64,000 bases of DNA from Caldisphaera sp. (lineage in GTDB: Archaea; Thermoproteota; Thermoprotei_A; Sulfolobales; Acidilobaceae), in the NCBI GenBank assembly GCA_049971805.1, contig JBMFKU010000002.1, positions 32,001-96,000 on the forward strand, read 5' to 3'. Made by a program: the position numbers and the translations under genes. Each line of letters begins with the position of its first letter. The stretch's first letter is position 1. The notes beneath the pieces are model-generated. The model had not been told where the DNA came from. It saw only the letters and a list, made by a program, of their open reading frames with translations, and did no database searches. Shown in pieces: positions 1 to 10,213 of this stretch.

Positions 1-141
1 AATGAGCTTAGAATAGTTAGCTTTAGGATAGACACAGATACATTGTTTGAGTTAGATAAAATTAGTCTTAAATCTAGGAAAAATAGGAGTGAAGTTATCA
101 GAAGGGCAATAGAAATATATCTAGCAGAAAATAATAAATAG
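1..141 (+). CDS. Ribbon-helix-helix (CopG-like) transcriptional regulator, 5' end outside window
   Basis: Frame 1 reads NELRIVSFRIDTDTLFELDKISLKSRKNRSEVIRRAIEIYLAENNK* with the RHH signature (beta strand, then RSEVIR.AI); not in ORF track. Confidence 0.8.
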   Translation, partial: NELRIVSFRIDTDTLFELDKISLKSRKNRSEVIRRAIEIYLAENNK

Positions 142-217
142 TTTTTCTATACATATTTTGTAGATATAAAAAATTGTAAATAAAAATTTTATTATGATAA
201 TTATTAGGTGAAAATAA

Positions 218-1348
218 GTGGCAAAAATCTGGACATATCTGATAGCAGGTTTAATAGTTGGATTAGTAATAGGGATACCATTAGGTTATGTTGTATCTCC
301 TAAACCTGTGTCTACAACTACGACAACTACAACACAATCGCAACAGGTTTTTACTATCGGAGCTGCAGGAACATTAAAATTTGCCTTTGGCAATTTATTG
401 AATTTAACTAATAAGCTATATCCAGGATTAAGTACAGGAACTCCGCTTTTCAAAGGTAGCGGAGAAGTAGCGCAAGATGAAATTTCTACAAAAGAGTTTA
501 GCGTTGTGGCATCTGCCGATACTACAACTATACCAGCTGATCTTTTTAAAAATGTAACAAATTACGAAATAGCTTTTGGTGTTACACAAATGGTTGTAAT
601 AGTAGACCTTCAAACTCAGCCAGGAAAAGAGGTTTATTCATTATGGAAACAAGTACAAACTATGGAACCTTTATCTCAACAATGGAATCAGACTTGGAAA
701 CAGATATTTAGTATTATTGCTTTGAATCCATCTACTGTAGTTGGTGTATCTAATCCATTTACCGATCCAAGTGGCTACCAAGCCCAATGTGTTTTAAAAT
801 TAGCTGGCTTAACCTTCTTTAACAATGCATCATATTTATATAATTCTGTATATGGGAATGTTAATAGGTATGATATGAGAAATACAGAAATCGATTTGCT
901 AACATTGATGGCAACTAATAATTCTGTTCAGTTTATTTTATCAGGTTACTTATCTAATGCGATGCCTCAAACAAAATCTTATCAAAGTCAAGGCATAAAT
1001 ATAACTTACATAACATTACCCCCTCAAATAAATTTGGGCAACTTAAGTTATGTAAATTATTATCATAATGTTAATGTAACATGGACAGAATTAGGAGAAA
1101 CAAAGACATTTACATGTAATCCTGTTGTATATACAATTACAATACCTGAACAAGCACCTAATAAGAATGCAGCTATTAATTTTATCTTATTGTTATTTAG
1201 TCCACTAGGTCAGCAGATTTTGCAGCAATACGGTATTAATCCAATTGTTCCAGGAATAGTTTATGGTAACATAAGTAGTGTACCAGCACAAATTAGACCA
1301 TTTGTAATTCCAGTTAACCAAACAAACTTAGCAAGCATATTTCCATAG
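218..1348 (+). CDS. wtpA: Tungstate/molybdate ABC transporter substrate-binding protein
   Basis: AAGTL, GSG, ASAD and DPSGY motifs of WtpA/ModA; N-terminal TM anchor and Thr linker; GGTGA SD. Confidence 0.8.
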   Translation: MAKIWTYLIAGLIVGLVIGIPLGYVVSPKPVSTTTTTTTQSQQVFTIGAAGTLKFAFGNLLNLTNKLYPGLSTGTPLFKGSGEVAQDEISTKEFSVVASADTTTIPADLFKNVTNYEIAFGVTQMVVIVDLQTQPGKEVYSLWKQVQTMEPLSQQWNQTWKQIFSIIALNPSTVVGVSNPFTDPSGYQAQCVLKLAGLTFFNNASYLYNSVYGNVNRYDMRNTEIDLLTLMATNNSVQFILSGYLSNAMPQTKSYQSQGINITYITLPPQINLGNLSYVNYYHNVNVTWTELGETKTFTCNPVVYTITIPEQAPNKNAAINFILLLFSPLGQQILQQYGINPIVPGIVYGNISSVPAQIRPFVIPVNQTNLASIFP

Positions 1349-1361
1349 GGATGCCAATGGC

Positions 1362-2171
1362 ATGAATAATTTTAGATCACATTCTTTTTTTGTTTTTGTG
1401 TTAATTATATCATCTTTGTTATTATTGTTTTTTATTTATCCTTTAGCTATATTAATAATAGTTGGTAGCAAGGGAATATTATCAGCTTTGGAGAATAAAC
1501 CATTTTTAGCTTCGATAGAGATTACTATAATAATCTCTAGCATAGCTGCTATATCAGCTATAATTTTTGGTGTTCCGCTAGGTTACATTATTGCTAGATA
1601 CAATTTTAAATTCAAGAATATTATAGAAACCATTATTGATATGCCAATAGTAATTCCTCATATAGTGGTTGGTCTAATGGTTATATTGGCATTTTCATCT
1701 CAATATGGTATAGGCCCATTGTTACATAGATATGGGATAACAGTTATAGATACTATATTGGGGGCGACTTTAGCTGTATCATATTTATCATCTACTTATA
1801 CTATTAGGGTTGTAGAATCCTCTATAAAGATGATAGACCCAGAGCTTGAGCTTGTTTCTCGAAGTTTAGGGGCTTCTCAATTTAGAACATTTTTTCAAAT
1901 AATAATACCTAATATTTGGAGGTCAATTATAAATGGGGCAATATTAACTTGGGCTAGAGCAGTTTCAGAAGCTGGAGCACTTTTTATAGTTGCATATTAT
2001 GTGGTATTTAATAAAACAACAGTATATCCTTCTTCAGTATTTATTTATGAAAGCTATATAGGTTTAGGTATTATAGAAGCAGTTAAGTTTGCTGCAACCT
2101 TAGCAGTAATAGTTATTGGTATATTTATTTTGTTTAGAATATTAATAAACTTAAAGGGAAACAAAAGTTGA
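1362..2171 (+). CDS. wtpB: Tungstate/molybdate ABC transporter permease
   Basis: Hydrophobic; DMPIVIPHIVVG, EAA-loop SRSLGAS, WARAVSEAGA. Confidence 0.85.
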   Translation: MNNFRSHSFFVFVLIISSLLLLFFIYPLAILIIVGSKGILSALENKPFLASIEITIIISSIAAISAIIFGVPLGYIIARYNFKFKNIIETIIDMPIVIPHIVVGLMVILAFSSQYGIGPLLHRYGITVIDTILGATLAVSYLSSTYTIRVVESSIKMIDPELELVSRSLGASQFRTFFQIIIPNIWRSIINGAILTWARAVSEAGALFIVAYYVVFNKTTVYPSSVFIYESYIGLGIIEAVKFAATLAVIVIGIFILFRILINLKGNKS

Positions 2172-3229
2172 AAATACTAACAATACAAAACTTAGTTACT
2201 AAGTTACCAGGATTTACACTAGGTCCTATCAATTTGGATATAGATGAATATGAGTATTATGTTTTATTTGGCCCTAACGGTAGTGGTAAATCTACACTAT
2301 TAAAGACTATATTGGGTTTTTATAGGCCAGAATCAGGAAAAATTATTGTTAATAATGTAGATATAACAAAAATTCCAATAGAAAAAAGAAATATTGGTTA
2401 TGTTCCACAATCGTATTCATTGTTTAATAATATGTCAGTAAAGGAAAACTTGGAGTTCGGATTAAGAGTAAGAAAAATTAATAAAAAAGATAGAGAAGAA
2501 AAAATAAATGAAGTTTCGGAGATGCTTAATATTAAAAATTTGTTGAATAAAAAATCAAATCAACTAAGTTCTGGTCAACAACAATTAGTATCAATAGCTA
2601 GGTCATTAGTTACAAGCCCCAAATTATTATTGTTGGACGAGCCTTTATCTAATTTAGACCCTCAAGTAAAACAAAACATCAGGAAAGTATTAAAAAAAAT
2701 TAAAAATTCAAGAAAAACAACTATAATTCATGTAACGCATTTAATTGAAGACGCTTATGAACTTTCCTCAAATATAATCTTTTTATATAAAGGAAGAATA
2801 TTAGAAATGGGTAACTCTATGGATTTGTTTTTATATCCTAAAACTAAAGAATTGGCTGAATATCTAGGATATATAAATATTTTTCCTGCAGAAATCAAGA
2901 AAACAAATAATGATTTAGTAGTTTCTTTAGATTCAAACTTTAATTTAAAGATACGTAATGATTATTATGAATCAGAAAATGTATTTGTAGCTTTTAGACC
3001 ACAAGATGTTATTATACAAGATAATATTTTAACAGATTATATTAACAATAATTGCTTTAAAGGAGTAATAGAAGATTTTACAATAACCTCTAATGGTTTT
3101 CTTTACACAATTAAGGTTTCAGACAAAATAAACATAGTTTTTTTATCAGATAAGAAATTTGAAAATGGTAAAAAAATAAGTTTTTGTATAGATCCTAATA
3201 AAATAAGAATAGTTAAAGAATTAAAATGA
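2168..3229 (+). CDS. wtpC: Tungstate/molybdate ABC transporter ATPase with TOBE domain
   Basis: Walker A GPNGSGKS, LSSGQQQ, LLLLDEP. Confidence 0.85.
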   Translation: MKILTIQNLVTKLPGFTLGPINLDIDEYEYYVLFGPNGSGKSTLLKTILGFYRPESGKIIVNNVDITKIPIEKRNIGYVPQSYSLFNNMSVKENLEFGLRVRKINKKDREEKINEVSEMLNIKNLLNKKSNQLSSGQQQLVSIARSLVTSPKLLLLDEPLSNLDPQVKQNIRKVLKKIKNSRKTTIIHVTHLIEDAYELSSNIIFLYKGRILEMGNSMDLFLYPKTKELAEYLGYINIFPAEIKKTNNDLVVSLDSNFNLKIRNDYYESENVFVAFRPQDVIIQDNILTDYINNNCFKGVIEDFTITSNGFLYTIKVSDKINIVFLSDKKFENGKKISFCIDPNKIRIVKELK

Positions 3230-3269
3230 AAAAATATTTCACCCCCTTTTTCGACAAAAACTATTGAAA

Positions 3270-3375
3270 GCCGGGGTGGCCGAGTGGTCCAAGGCGGCGG
3301 GCTGCAGTAGCAGTGAGGTTAGCCCATCGTTGTTAGAGACCCGTTATTTCCCGGGTTCGAATCCCGGCCCCGGCT
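3270..3375 (+). tRNA. tRNA-Cys(GCA) with 31-nt intron at canonical 37/38 (3308-3338)
   Basis: Acceptor GCCGGGG/CCCCGGC, U73, anticodon stem GCGGG-CT GCA G|intron|A-CCCGT, T-loop GTTCGAATC. Confidence 0.95.
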
Positions 3376-3434
3376 TTTTATGGATAATTATTTTTATTAT
3401 GAATAGATTTATCCCGTGAATTAACAATAAAACA

Positions 3435-3507
3435 GAGGGCTATGAAGTGCCTAGCGACGAGATGACCAATAATGAGGGATGAAATGGAAAAGCCGAATGA
3501 GCCCCTT
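3435..3507 (+). ncRNA. Candidate box C/D-like (K-turn) small RNA
   Basis: Terminal stem GGGC/GCCC, C-like ATGAAG (3442), D'-like ATGA (3472), C'-like GATGAA (3478), D-like ATGA (3497); boxes degenerate. Confidence 0.45.
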
Positions 3508-3885
3508 TCAAGTTGCAAGGTTAGAATAATTAATGGTTATGAAGATATAGTCAGCGAATTAAATAAAATTAAGGAGGTTATTTATGTATATAATTCTGAA
3601 ATATCAAATAAAGGATATTATTTAAAGCCAGTTCATAAGGTATATAAGTTAAAAAATAGGAATAAAATTATATATGAGTACTATGGTAGATATTGGTGGA
3701 AAAAATTAGATAAAAAGTTAATATATTCAGGGGTAGTCAAGCCTAAAATATTACCAAGCCCACCAGAAAATCCTATTGAAGGGTTATCAATAATTAGGGA
3801 AGGAAATGATATAGTCATAGATTGTAATGTTTATGAAAAATTTAAGTGGGTTTTCAAAAATAAAAAGATAGAAAGAACTTGGTAA
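3472..3885 (+). CDS. Hypothetical protein (start 3472 or 3484)
   Basis: ORF with YLKPVHKVYK..YEYYGRYWWK; co-oriented with rqcH. Confidence 0.7.
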   Translation: MRDEMEKPNEPLSSCKVRIINGYEDIVSELNKIKEVIYVYNSEISNKGYYLKPVHKVYKLKNRNKIIYEYYGRYWWKKLDKKLIYSGVVKPKILPSPPENPIEGLSIIREGNDIVIDCNVYEKFKWVFKNKKIERTW

Positions 3886-3903
3886 GATGGAGATGTTAAT
3901 GTA

Positions 3904-5868
3904 TTGGCAAGAAAAAGCATGTCAACTGTTGACATATATTCATGGATTAATACTACAGGCAAAAAATTGGTTGGTCAAAGAGTGGATAATATTTATCAAG
4001 AAGACGAACTAATATTAATAAAAATAAAAATAGACGTTGGGGATATGCTTTTAGTCGAACCTTCAAATAGAATACATTATACTCAAAGGATAAAACCATC
4101 GAAAGAATTTAATGAAAAGCAGTTCGTATTATTATTGAGAAAATATACTAGAGATTTAAGAGTAACTGATGTAAAGCAACTTGGATTTGATAGAGTAATA
4201 TCGTTTACTTTTTCTAATAACTTTAAACTTTATGCAGAGCTATTGCCTAGAGGAGTTAGTGTATTAGTAGATGATAATAATTTTATAATTGGTGGAAACA
4301 AATACATTAGGTTTAAGGATAGAGAAATAAAAATTAAAAAAGAATATAGGTTACCATCATTAATTAATGATAAACCATGGGAATTAAGTTATGGTGCTAT
4401 TGATAATCAATTACGTAAATTTAAAGACGTCATTAGAGGATTAGTATTAGGATTGAATCTACCTGGAGAAGTAGCGGAAGAGGTAGTTTACTTATCGGGT
4501 ATAAAAAAAGATGAAGATCCGAATAAATTAGAAACAAAAGATATAGAGTCATTATTAATTAATTTAAACAATTTAATAAAAGAATCATTATTGGGAAAAG
4601 GATATATAGGGTATTCACTGGATAACGAACCAATACAAGTTACTCCATTTAAACCTAAAAGTCTTATAGAAAATAATTTGAATGTATCTGAATATAATCT
4701 TTTTGATAATGCTTTAGATGAATACTTTAACACAATAGTTAAAGTTAAGGCAGATGTTAAATTAGAAGAAGAAAAGGAAAAAATTTTGCATAGCATAGAA
4801 GAGAACAAAGTATTAGCTAATCAATTTCTCGAAGAATCCAAAAAATTAGAAGAAGAAGCTAATATAATCGCTTCAAACTACTCATATTTTAACCAAATTT
4901 TACATTGTATTAAGGAATATTTAAATAAAAAAGATAAGATATGTGATGCTGTTAAAAAAATAGATTTTAAAGAAAGATATGCATTAATAAATTATGAAAA
5001 CGATTTAATAAAAATTTATTATGATGAAGAAGGTCTTGATAAAAGTATTGTAAGGCTTTACAAAGAAGCTGGAGAGCTTAAATCAAAGTCTAAAAGAGCT
5101 TTGAAATCAATAGAGGATATGCAGTTGAAGCTAAGTGAAATACAAAGCAAGCTAATTCTTAATGAAATTAAACAAAAGATTAGAAATAGAAAAAGAGAGT
5201 GGTACGAGAAGTATCATTGGGTTATCACAAAAAATAATTTATTAGCAATTGGGGGAAAAGATGCAGATCAAAACGAAAGTATTGTTAAAAAATACCTGAG
5301 AGATAAAGACATATTTATTCATGCAGATATACATGGATCACCTGCGGTAGTTTTATTTAATGAAGAAGAGAAGGCTAACGAAGAGGACATTTATGATGCT
5401 GCTATAATAACAGTTGCATATAGCAAGGCATGGAAAGGTGGAATGGGTGGTTTGAGGGCTTATTGGGTTTATGGAAATCAGGTATCTAAAAGCCCTCCTT
5501 CAGGGGAATATTTAGCAAAAGGTTCTTTTATGATATATGGAAAAAAGAATATCTTAAAACAATTTGACATGCAAATATTTGTTGGAATTGCATTAAATTC
5601 TGAAGGTTTACCAGTAATTATTTCTGGAAACGAAAATATAGTAAAGGAACAATCTTTAGTTTATGCAAAATTAATTCCAGGAAATTTCCAAGTACTTGAT
5701 ATCGCTAAAAAAATAAAAGAAATGGCAGAAAAAATAGTCATTTATGAATACAAGTCTTTAATAGTAGCAATAGATGATAATGAAATATCACAAAGAATTC
5801 CAGGCAAATCGCAAATAGTTTTTGTTAAAAATGGTGAAAATAAAAAATTAAAAACAATACAAAAATGA
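3904..5868 (+). CDS. rqcH: Ribosome quality-control protein RqcH/Rqc2 (NFACT family)
   Basis: NFACT-N region, coiled coil, WYEKYHW..GGKDADQNE, HADIHGSP, PSGEYLAKGSFMIYG. Confidence 0.92.
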   Translation: MARKSMSTVDIYSWINTTGKKLVGQRVDNIYQEDELILIKIKIDVGDMLLVEPSNRIHYTQRIKPSKEFNEKQFVLLLRKYTRDLRVTDVKQLGFDRVISFTFSNNFKLYAELLPRGVSVLVDDNNFIIGGNKYIRFKDREIKIKKEYRLPSLINDKPWELSYGAIDNQLRKFKDVIRGLVLGLNLPGEVAEEVVYLSGIKKDEDPNKLETKDIESLLINLNNLIKESLLGKGYIGYSLDNEPIQVTPFKPKSLIENNLNVSEYNLFDNALDEYFNTIVKVKADVKLEEEKEKILHSIEENKVLANQFLEESKKLEEEANIIASNYSYFNQILHCIKEYLNKKDKICDAVKKIDFKERYALINYENDLIKIYYDEEGLDKSIVRLYKEAGELKSKSKRALKSIEDMQLKLSEIQSKLILNEIKQKIRNRKREWYEKYHWVITKNNLLAIGGKDADQNESIVKKYLRDKDIFIHADIHGSPAVVLFNEEEKANEEDIYDAAIITVAYSKAWKGGMGGLRAYWVYGNQVSKSPPSGEYLAKGSFMIYGKKNILKQFDMQIFVGIALNSEGLPVIISGNENIVKEQSLVYAKLIPGNFQVLDIAKKIKEMAEKIVIYEYKSLIVAIDDNEISQRIPGKSQIVFVKNGENKKLKTIQK

Positions 5869-5964
5869 AATTAAAAATTTATAATAAAAAAGTTTTTTAT
5901 ATGAAAGTATAGCACAATAATTTTTAAAACCCAATTCTCTAATCTTTATGAGGGGTCTAATAAG

Positions 5965-6174
5965 ATGTCAGTAGTTACAGTAAAAAAGCTAGACATGCTA
6001 GATACAGTTCAGCCGCCTATATGTACTAGTTGTGGTAAGATAATTCATCCAAGAGAAAAAGCTGTAGCATTTTATTGCCCTAATTGCGGAAAAGCTTTAA
6101 TATGGAGATGCTCTAAATGCAGAAAGCAAGGCATGAAATACAAATGTCCTAATTGTGGATTTGTTGGTCCATGA
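5965..6174 (+). CDS. Small double zinc-ribbon protein (DUF1610 type)
   Basis: [30 protein letters not shown]; typical position upstream of EF-1beta. Confidence 0.9.
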   Translation: MSVVTVKKLDMLDTVQPPICTSCGKIIHPREKAVAFYCPNCGKALIWRCSKCRKQGMKYKCPNCGFVGP

Positions 6175-6186
6175 GGTTTGATTTAT

Positions 6187-6462
6187 ATGGCAAAAGTTGC
6201 AGTTGTTTTAAAAGTCATGCCCAATTCATTGGATATTAATTTGAGTGACCTTAAAGATAGTATTAAGAAATCATTACCAGAAGGGTATAATATATTGGAT
6301 AGCAAAGAAGAACCTGTAGCTTTTGGTTTAAAGGCTTTAATACTTTTGGTCTCGATGCCAGAAAATACTGAGGGTGGAACTGAAGAATTGGAATCTAAAA
6401 TAAGAGAAGTAAATGGTGTAGAAGATGTAGAAGTGGAAACTATTAGTAGATTAAGTGAATAA
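6187..6462 (+). CDS. ef1b: Translation elongation factor 1-beta
   Basis: MAKVAVVLKVMP, EPVAFGLKAL, EGGTEELE. Confidence 0.95.
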   Translation: MAKVAVVLKVMPNSLDINLSDLKDSIKKSLPEGYNILDSKEEPVAFGLKALILLVSMPENTEGGTEELESKIREVNGVEDVEVETISRLSE

Positions 6463-7063
6463 CATTATGGTTTCTGGTTTCTCCAATCCATTTCTTACCT
6501 CAACAATTGTATTTATTTTATCTTTTATTTCTAATGTTATTCCTTTTGGAGGTCCACCATATACTATTGTTACTGTAACATTACTATTTGAAATTGGCTT
6601 TAAATACTATTGGCTATTTGTATTTATTGCATCGTTTGGAGCAATTCTATCAAAGATAGTTATGTTTTTAGTAGGAAAAGGATTTAGCAGGCAGTTAGGA
6701 AAAAATAAAAACGTTAGGTTGATATCTAAATTTTCAAGCAAGAAAATATTTTATTTGATATTGTTTATACTTGCAATAATACCTGTTTTACCTTTTGATG
6801 ACTATTTATTTATAGCTGGAGGTGCTGCAAACATTTCATTAATTAAAATGTCTTCTATAGTTTCTATTGCAAAATTGATAGAAACTTCTCTCGAAATTTA
6901 TATAGAATTAAAAATAATAGGTATATTTTCCTATATTTTATCTATATCTAAGCCAACTATAGCTGTTTTGCTAACGGTCTTATTTATAGCTGTTGGGATA
7001 ATTGGTTTTAAATTGGATTGGGAAAGTATTGTCCATAAGATAAGAGCATATTTTAACCATTAA
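6455..7063 (+). CDS. VTT/DedA-like membrane protein
   Basis: Multi-TM; SNVIPFGGPPY and PFDD motifs. Confidence 0.65.
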   Translation: MNNIMVSGFSNPFLTSTIVFILSFISNVIPFGGPPYTIVTVTLLFEIGFKYYWLFVFIASFGAILSKIVMFLVGKGFSRQLGKNKNVRLISKFSSKKIFYLILFILAIIPVLPFDDYLFIAGGAANISLIKMSSIVSIAKLIETSLEIYIELKIIGIFSYILSISKPTIAVLLTVLFIAVGIIGFKLDWESIVHKIRAYFNH

Positions 7064-7115
7064 ATATTTAAAGTTATAATTCTTTAAAGTAATAATAAAT
7101 TAGAGGTAAATTGAA

Positions 7116-8030
7116 TTGCCAAGATTGATAGAACTAATAACTCTAGGAACAGGAGGGGCTTACCCAGGAGAAAATAGATTTACCTCTTCTTATGTAATAA
7201 AGGACTGGTTAGGTAATATAATACTTTTAGATTCAGGGGAAGGAGTTCAACATAGACTCAGGCAGGCTGATGTTCCATTAACAAGAATAAATACGATATT
7301 AATAACTCACGGTCATGGAGATCATATAAATGGATTACCGGGTCTTTTGCAATCAATGTATTTAAATACTAGAAACATACCATTAAATATCGTAGCTCCA
7401 AAGGATGTAATTAATTTTATAAAAGAGGCATTAATTTTAGAGGGTTCAAACTTAGGATTTGAAATAAGGCTTTTTGAAATTAATAGTAGTTATGGCAATA
7501 TAGAAATTTTTAATCAAAGAGGAGATAAAATAATTGTGTATTGGTTTGAGGTATGCCATTCAAGGGAAGCTTATGGTTATACTATTGAATGGAATTTAAG
7601 ACCGAGGGTTATTAGAGGGGAAATGGAAAAACAAGGAATTAAACCCGGTCCAGATATAGAAAAAATTGTAGATAATTATGAAGAAAATCAAGATATCTTG
7701 ACCAAAATTAAACCCTTTAGGTTAGCTTATACTGGAGATACAAGACCATGCGAGAAGGTCATTAATGGTGCAAAAGGCTCTAATGTTATAATACATGAAT
7801 CAACATTTTCTGAAGAAAATTCGGACGAAGCAAACCAATTTTACCATAGTACAGCAAAAGGAGCAGCATTTATTGCAAAGGAGTCAAATTCTCAACTCTT
7901 GATTTTGACGCATATTAGCTCTAGATACGAGGGATTCGAAGCTGTTGAATTGGAAAGACAAGCAAAAGAAGTATTCCCTAATTCAATATTAACATGGGAT
8001 CTGGCAAAATACAGATTTATTGTTTCTTGA
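7116..8030 (+). CDS. rnz: Ribonuclease Z (tRNA 3' endonuclease)
   Basis: LGTGG, THGHGDHINGL, YTGDTRP, HEST, HST, THIS. Confidence 0.93.
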   Translation: MPRLIELITLGTGGAYPGENRFTSSYVIKDWLGNIILLDSGEGVQHRLRQADVPLTRINTILITHGHGDHINGLPGLLQSMYLNTRNIPLNIVAPKDVINFIKEALILEGSNLGFEIRLFEINSSYGNIEIFNQRGDKIIVYWFEVCHSREAYGYTIEWNLRPRVIRGEMEKQGIKPGPDIEKIVDNYEENQDILTKIKPFRLAYTGDTRPCEKVINGAKGSNVIIHESTFSEENSDEANQFYHSTAKGAAFIAKESNSQLLILTHISSRYEGFEAVELERQAKEVFPNSILTWDLAKYRFIVS

Positions 8031-8049
8031 CTTCTACTCCTTTTAGTAT

Positions 8050-8520
8050 TTAAAGACCTAGATTTTTATCATCTGGCAATCTTTTCTCCCATAAAGGTTT
8101 TCCTCTAGCAGTTTGGGGTGCCAGCCAATCTATTATTTCTCCTATACAATTGCATTCTATTATAATCTTTATTGGTCCTAAAGGTGATTCATTATCATAT
8201 GATATGAAGCTTATTTTACCTTGATAAGCAGCTTGCTTGTGTAATAATAGCACTAATTTATTTCCGTGAATTCTTTTCAACATATAAGATCTTGAGGCAT
8301 CTAAAATTGCTTGTATTCTTAAAGAATCATGAAGTTTGATTAATGATTTAAATGAATTCGAATATGCTTTAATTATTTTATAGTCTCCTTGATCTAAAAT
8401 TTCTAGGCTTTCGGGTGTGAAAAAATTTGTTATGGTCTTAATTACTTTTTCTTCATCTTCAGTAGGTCTCAATTCCGCCTCTACAGTAATTTTTCCATGA
8501 TCCATCTTTAATTGCACCAA
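8050..8520 (-). CDS. UPF0201/DUF54 RNA-binding-like protein
   Basis: RPTEDEEKV, LHKQAAYQG, ESPLGPI, WLAP. Confidence 0.85.
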   Translation of the reverse strand: MVQLKMDHGKITVEAELRPTEDEEKVIKTITNFFTPESLEILDQGDYKIIKAYSNSFKSLIKLHDSLRIQAILDASRSYMLKRIHGNKLVLLLHKQAAYQGKISFISYDNESPLGPIKIIIECNCIGEIIDWLAPQTARGKPLWEKRLPDDKNLGL

Positions 8521-9064
8521 TTATTTTTTCTATATTTAATGAGCTATTTCCTTCTTCTTCGTTTATAATCATGTAATCTGAAAGGGCTATAACGTTTCCT
8601 ATGCCATATTCTAAATTTTTCATGTCCCTAAAAAATAGATCATTCCAAGTAATTTCTTTCGATTCTCTATTTCTTTCTTTCAATCTAATCAACCTTTTAA
8701 TTGGGGATGCATGGACTGCTATTAAACAAATCTTGAATTTCTCTCTTAGTATTTTTAGTTCCTCAATCCCCCTAACACCATCTATTAAAACAATATTTTT
8801 GTTGTAGCTGTTTAATCTTTCTAAGAGAAGTAATGCAACAGCATTATTACCTTTTTCCTTTCTTAATTGGGTTGCTATTTTTTCAACATTTTCCAAGGTC
8901 AAAGGTAGGCCTCTTGACAAGACTTCTTCTCTAACTATATCACCCATAGAAAATATTGGGGCATTTAATCTATCAGATATTAGTTTTGCAATATAGCTTT
9001 TCCCACTACCTGGCATGCCTGTAATCGCGATTGCTAGCTTTTCTTCCAATATTTGCTTCACCAA
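8459..9064 (-). CDS. UPF0200 P-loop nucleotide kinase (dephospho-CoA-kinase-like)
   Basis: ITGMPGSGKS, SMGDIVREE, IDGVRG. Confidence 0.85.
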   Translation of the reverse strand: MVKQILEEKLAIAITGMPGSGKSYIAKLISDRLNAPIFSMGDIVREEVLSRGLPLTLENVEKIATQLRKEKGNNAVALLLLERLNSYNKNIVLIDGVRGIEELKILREKFKICLIAVHASPIKRLIRLKERNRESKEITWNDLFFRDMKNLEYGIGNVIALSDYMIINEEEGNSSLNIEKIIGAIKDGSWKNYCRGGIETY

Positions 9065-9067
9065 ATT

Positions 9068-9562
9068 TTAAAGTTTATAGCCGATTTTTCTTAACAATTC
9101 CTTTCTTTCCTTTTTGTCATTTTCATTTTCAATACCTAATGGTTTAAACCCATCACAAACACCAAGTATTGATCTGCTTTCTCCTAAATCGGCTATAATT
9201 AATTTTACAGGATTTGATGTTGCTACATATAAATTTACAACTTCTTGTATATTTTTTATTGCATTTAAAACGTTAATGGGCCATGAATCTTTCATGTATA
9301 TTACAAATACATGCCCTGCAGCGATTTGCTTGCATGTATCTATAGCCTGCTTGGTTAATCCATCTTCATTGCCTTCAAATCTTATTAATCTCTTTCCTGA
9401 GGCCTCACAAAAAGCAATCCCAAACTTTGATGAAGGGCAGCTTGTTGCTAGGGTTTCATATAAATCTTCAACAGATTTTATAAAATGACTCTGCCCTATT
9501 ATTACATTAGTTCCTTCTGGAACTTGCACATCTAGGACCTGCAATTCCAATTTAATCACCAT
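9068..9562 (-). CDS. DUF355 family adenosine-binding protein (adenosine-specific kinase family)
   Basis: NVIIGQSHFIKSVEDL, FGIAFCEASGKRL. Confidence 0.88.
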   Translation of the reverse strand: MVIKLELQVLDVQVPEGTNVIIGQSHFIKSVEDLYETLATSCPSSKFGIAFCEASGKRLIRFEGNEDGLTKQAIDTCKQIAAGHVFVIYMKDSWPINVLNAIKNIQEVVNLYVATSNPVKLIIADLGESRSILGVCDGFKPLGIENENDKKERKELLRKIGYKL

Positions 9563-9615
9563 TATTTTTTAATAAGAATAAACTTAAATGTTTTATTGTA
9601 TTACATAAATTTAAC

Positions 9616-10152
9616 CTAGTCACTTTTTGATAAAGATTTAAGCCTTTCTACAAATCCTAAGGCTTCAAGCCTTTCTAGCAAATAACCTGGTATACAATTT
9701 TTCCACCCATCTTGGCCTTTAATTATTTGGGTTCTGATTGAAGTACCGCTGCACATGTTTCTATTAAACATTGGTTGTACTATGGCCTTTAATCCCATGT
9801 CTTTAAAAAGATGCAATACTAGTTGGTTTCCTGAAACAACTCCATCAAAGTCAGGCAACAACATTTTTAAGTATTGAACCCATACCTTGTTCATCTCTAG
9901 GTCTAATGTTGGAACTATGTAGATTCTTTTACAATAATCTTCTCCAAATTCATTGATTAATGCTTCTTTAAGCAAAGAGATTCTTTCTCCAGCTGTTAAT
10001 GGGTTTTTTATAGTATAGCTTTCTTGAGAGGAACCTATTACTACTATAACCTCATTAGAAATGCTTAATGTATATTCAATAGCCTTTAGATGTCCGTAAT
10101 GGACCGGTTGAAACCTTCCTGGAAATAGCAATCTATTATATGGCACTTTCAT
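9616..10152 (-). CDS. nadM: Nicotinamide-nucleotide adenylyltransferase
   Basis: GRFQPVHYGH, GSSQES, NPLTAGER, SGTSIR. Confidence 0.92.
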   Translation of the reverse strand: MKVPYNRLLFPGRFQPVHYGHLKAIEYTLSISNEVIVVIGSSQESYTIKNPLTAGERISLLKEALINEFGEDYCKRIYIVPTLDLEMNKVWVQYLKMLLPDFDGVVSGNQLVLHLFKDMGLKAIVQPMFNRNMCSGTSIRTQIIKGQDGWKNCIPGYLLERLEALGFVERLKSLSKSD

Positions 10153-10213
10153 TTTTAACCCCCCGATATAAAAAAACTTTAGGGACTATAAAGTATTATT
10201 ATGTTGGTGAAGC

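Noticed and set aside
313-336. ACA/ACT repeat encoding a poly-Thr run in wtpA
   Set aside because: Ordinary Ser/Thr linker of crenarchaeal solute-binding proteins.
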